This document shows positions 61,490-64,000 of a stretch of 64,000 nucleotides of DNA, piece after piece. How positions within the stretch are numbered: position 1 is the first letter of the stretch; each line of letters opens with the position of its first letter. The position numbers and the translations under genes were made by a program. Below the pieces are notes generated by a model that was given only the letters and a program-made list of their open reading frames with translations, made no database searches and was not told where the DNA came from. This stretch comes from Octopus bimaculoides. Taxonomy: Eukaryota. The stretch covers positions 122,788,007 to 122,852,006 of the forward strand of contig NC_068982.1 of NCBI RefSeq assembly GCF_001194135.2. The letters are read 5' to 3'.

Positions 61490-64000
61490 AGTATGAGTAC
61501 TCATGTATAATTTATATACACACACATAGTGCACATAAAGTTTTGTTTTCACATATTTTAAACACCTTTCTAATTTTGTTTTTACCTTCTCTGCATAAAA
61601 ATAAAATAAAACAAGTGGAGTTTCCAAATTCTTGCTTTCTAAATATGTTCTGAGAATAAGATTTCTATTTATAGCTTACTGCTGTCAATGTAAATTCCAC
61701 TATTAACTCTTATCTTTCCATATCTGGCTAAAATAATCTTAGTGATAGATTCATATTTTAGTTTTGTTCAACAAAAAATTTATGGACATCATGAATACTA
61801 ACTCATTAATTTTTCTTCTATTCATACTCAAATCAATATATATATATAATTTTTTCTTTGAGAATCTTTCAGTGATCTTCTTCTAGCACATTAACAGTCC
61901 ACTTAGTGGTCTCTTTTATATATNNNNNNNNNNNNNNNNNNNNNNNNNNNNNNNNNNNNNNNNNNNNNNNNNNNNNNNNNNNNNNNNNNNNNNNNNNNNN
62001 NNNNNNNNNNNNNNNNNNNTATATATATATATATATCAAAATATATTTTCCCCTTGTATTTATTTTAAAATATATCAGGTTATTTATAAGCTGTTGTAAT
62101 CAACAGTTGACTTTAAACTATTTTTAAATACCTTAAATCTCTATTGATTTAGTAATTTTAAAACAGTTTTTCATTACTTTTACTGCTTCAGCATCATATA
62201 ACTATAATAGTTTAATTTCTTTTCATCTAACTGTCATTGCCTCTCACATAAGCTTTTATTGTAACCATACACACCGTCTAATAAGAATTCCTTGTAATGC
62301 TTCATAGGTTTCTTTATATTAATGTTTTCCGCCTTGCAGCATTATACTGTAGCTTCCTATCAAAGAACATTATTCTTTAGACTGGCCAATATCTTCAATG
62401 GCTACATAGTGTTTGTTGTTGTTTTCCAACTGAATAAATGAATGATGTATTTGAGGAGCTCTTCAACTAGAAACAGAAAAACTGAACACTTTTAGAGTGA
62501 AAGAGAGAGAAAAAAAGATTTCATTTATGTAGTTTCATTTATGTTGTAACCTACAGCATTTATCCAAATACAATCATGGTCACATGTGATTCTATATGTT
62601 CAGAAGTGCTATTCATCTGATGGCCAAACCTGTTGTATGAAACTAGTAGCCACCTTAAATAGATCTAATCATGTAAAAACTGCAAAATGCATGCAATAAC
62701 ATTAGCATAGAAATGACATCATATCTCCCAAAAGCAAATTGGTGTAATTCCTTTTGTTATTCGAGAATTATTTGAAAAGTGTTTGTTCCTGTATCAGTTG
62801 TCAAATCACAATCATTATTAACAATTTAACATATCATTCAAAACTTGAGGGATGGATTCTGTATTTATTTATTATATTTATGTCCATTACTTATCTGATC
62901 TGCATGAACTAGTATACCCTGTTGTTCATCCTGAATAACTGTATCTGTATTATGTTTTCTTTGAGATGTTATTAGTTTGTATATTATATATACAAACAGT
63001 ATATATAATATACTGTATTATACTCTGCAACAAATTATCCTACCAATTTTACTTTCTATGGAATGATGTGCTGAGGAAATTATTCAGAATTCTAAATCCC
63101 TTCAATTCTCTCTCTCTCTCTCTCTCTCTCTCCCTCTCCCTCTCTCTCTCTCTCCCTCTCTCTCTCTCTCTCTCAGATCTAGAAAGGAACTAAATATTAC
63201 CAGATTTGATGATTGTTTATTTTTAAATAATGTTTAGTGTTTTCCTTTGCACAGTTCAGATATTGACAAAAGTGCAGAAAATTTTATACATACAAATCTG
63301 TTTCCAATTAAAATCATATGAACATCTTACTTAGATAATTCATTACTGTAGTTATTTATTACTGAATGAAGCTTACCATAACTCTTCCAAAAATCTGCTT
63401 TTAGTATCGTCTCTAAAGAGATTATGGAAACTATGCATTCGCCTTAGAATACTGATGCCAGTTGTTTGTGTCTGAAGACCATGAGGAAAGAAGAGGCTGC
63501 CTATATACAGATATACAGAGGCTGTAACTATCTGTACCATCCAGTACCTGTTATTTTTGTTACTTCTCCATCACTGCAGATCTTTTCTTCCTGTCTGCAT
63601 TTAGTGGTTTTAAAATGAGAGTCAGACTGTGCAGTCTGATCCCACTCCTTACATTTGAAAGTCTGACCACAGTGACTCAGCAAGAGACTGTGGTGACCAG
63701 CAAGCTGCAGGTTTTACATTGGAGTGGCCTTCTCCTAGGTGAATTGCCTTACAGATCTGGAGAGCTCCACCTAACCGGGAGTTGCCAGAAGGGTGTGAAA
63801 GAGAAATTTTGAGGAATGTGGAACCACTATTGTTCCCAGGTCTTCTCTGGCCTAGAGTAGTAGCACCTGTAACATGGTAATTAACTTATGGGTTAATTAC
63901 CATGTTATGGAAAAAAACTCCAAGCACAAACCCTCACTGTTTTGTGAGTGCCTTAGAAAAGAAAAGGGCTAGGGGAGTCAACCTTTTTAGAATATACTCT

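Overview
AT-rich, microsatellite- and gap-rich eukaryotic genomic DNA. The repeat families look octopus/coleoid-like; this is my inference from the SINE and LINE types. The window holds the 3' part of a + strand UNC80 gene, a scaffold subunit of the NALCN channel complex. Seventeen GT-AG coding exons between 1351 and 42744 join in one open frame (2517 nt, 839 aa). The terminal exon is uncertain; the best candidate is 47443-47466. Introns and the downstream region carry tRNA-derived SINEs, RTE LINE fragments and their (GAT)n-tailed 3' ends, two R4/Dong-like LINE 3' ends, mariner and Merlin transposase remnants, and hAT and Tc1-type MITEs. The most striking non-coding structure is a head-to-head foldback element at 15663-16125. 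It has a tRNA-like Pol III head, and each arm carries a degenerate minimal type I hammerhead ribozyme motif of the Penelope type. A collapsed second copy lies at about 35296-35445. All family assignments come from recalled consensus motifs, not database searches.
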